64,000 nucleotides of DNA, taken from assembly GCA_030390025.1 (NCBI GenBank), contig CM059431.1, positions 140,990,001-141,054,000 of the forward strand, given 5' to 3'. The stretch is from Squalus acanthias. Its lineage: Eukaryota. The notes under the pieces are model-generated. The model ran no database searches. It saw nothing but the letters and a program-made list of their open reading frames with translations, and was not told the origin of the DNA. Shown here piece after piece: positions 63,565-64,000 of the stretch (positions within the stretch are counted from its first letter, which is position 1; every line of letters starts with the position of its first letter). The position numbers were made by a program, and so were the translations under genes.

Positions 63565-64000
63565 TCTCTTATGGTGTTAGCACCTGACTAATGAGCACTG
63601 TAGGAGGCGAGGACATTTAGCACTGTTCCAATAATATTAAACTAATGTGCAATGTTATCGGTCGTGTAACTTTAAGTAGATTGGTAACGCACAACATTTT
63701 TGTTTTGAATATCTTTAGGGGTTTTACAATATCTGAAAACGTCTTAAATACATAACTGGATTGATCTGACTGCTGCTTTACAATTATAATTCTTCACTTG
63801 TGTGCGTGTCCGGCTGTGTGTGGGCCCTCGCACCTTCATCCAATCAACCTCTCAGTCAGCGTCCTTTCCTTTCCCCACTGTGGAAATGTAAAAGCGATTT
63901 AGTCTCAGATTACTCATTTCTCCCACTATAGTTGAAGTTATCCTCCGGCATTAAATTTATAACCCAGTTTGTGACCTTGTAAAATTCAGTTTTCTGCTGT
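63565..64000 (+). repeat. Duplicated non-coding segment, paralog of 42815-43418; runs off the window
   Basis: Similarity read directly between the two segments. Confidence 0.9.

Overview
Eukaryotic, intron- and retroelement-rich DNA. The repeat families and NLR type suggest a cartilaginous fish, but this is inferred, not searched. One host gene is visible on the minus strand: an NLR (NOD-like receptor) that I assembled by hand from five phase-compatible exons (41640-41577, 33504-33338, 25267-25096, 24991-24926, 9014-7280). They encode about 734 aa: a CARD-like death-fold N-terminus plus NACHT/winged-helix/HD2. No LRR exons were recognised; they probably lie left of the window. Upstream lies a dispersed array of four paralogous 60-bp phase-1 micro-exons (two intact, one dead, one broken by a LINE) that could splice in frame onto the NLR. 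Most of the remaining sequence is mobile DNA: many CR1 LINEs (one nearly intact, several nested), an L2 fragment, a tRNA-type SINE and its partner LINE, Harbinger-like Myb/SANT remnants, two minisatellites and Penelope-like (RT + GIY-YIG) elements. The most striking structures are a ~400-bp non-coding fold-back insertion with two identical minimal hammerhead ribozymes and a 14-bp target-site duplication (52949-53373), a >=1.24-kb near-perfect head-to-head Penelope inverted repeat (1-2696), and four more hammerhead motifs in Penelope tails. Element boundaries are by-eye estimates unless a junction is quoted. No database searches were run.
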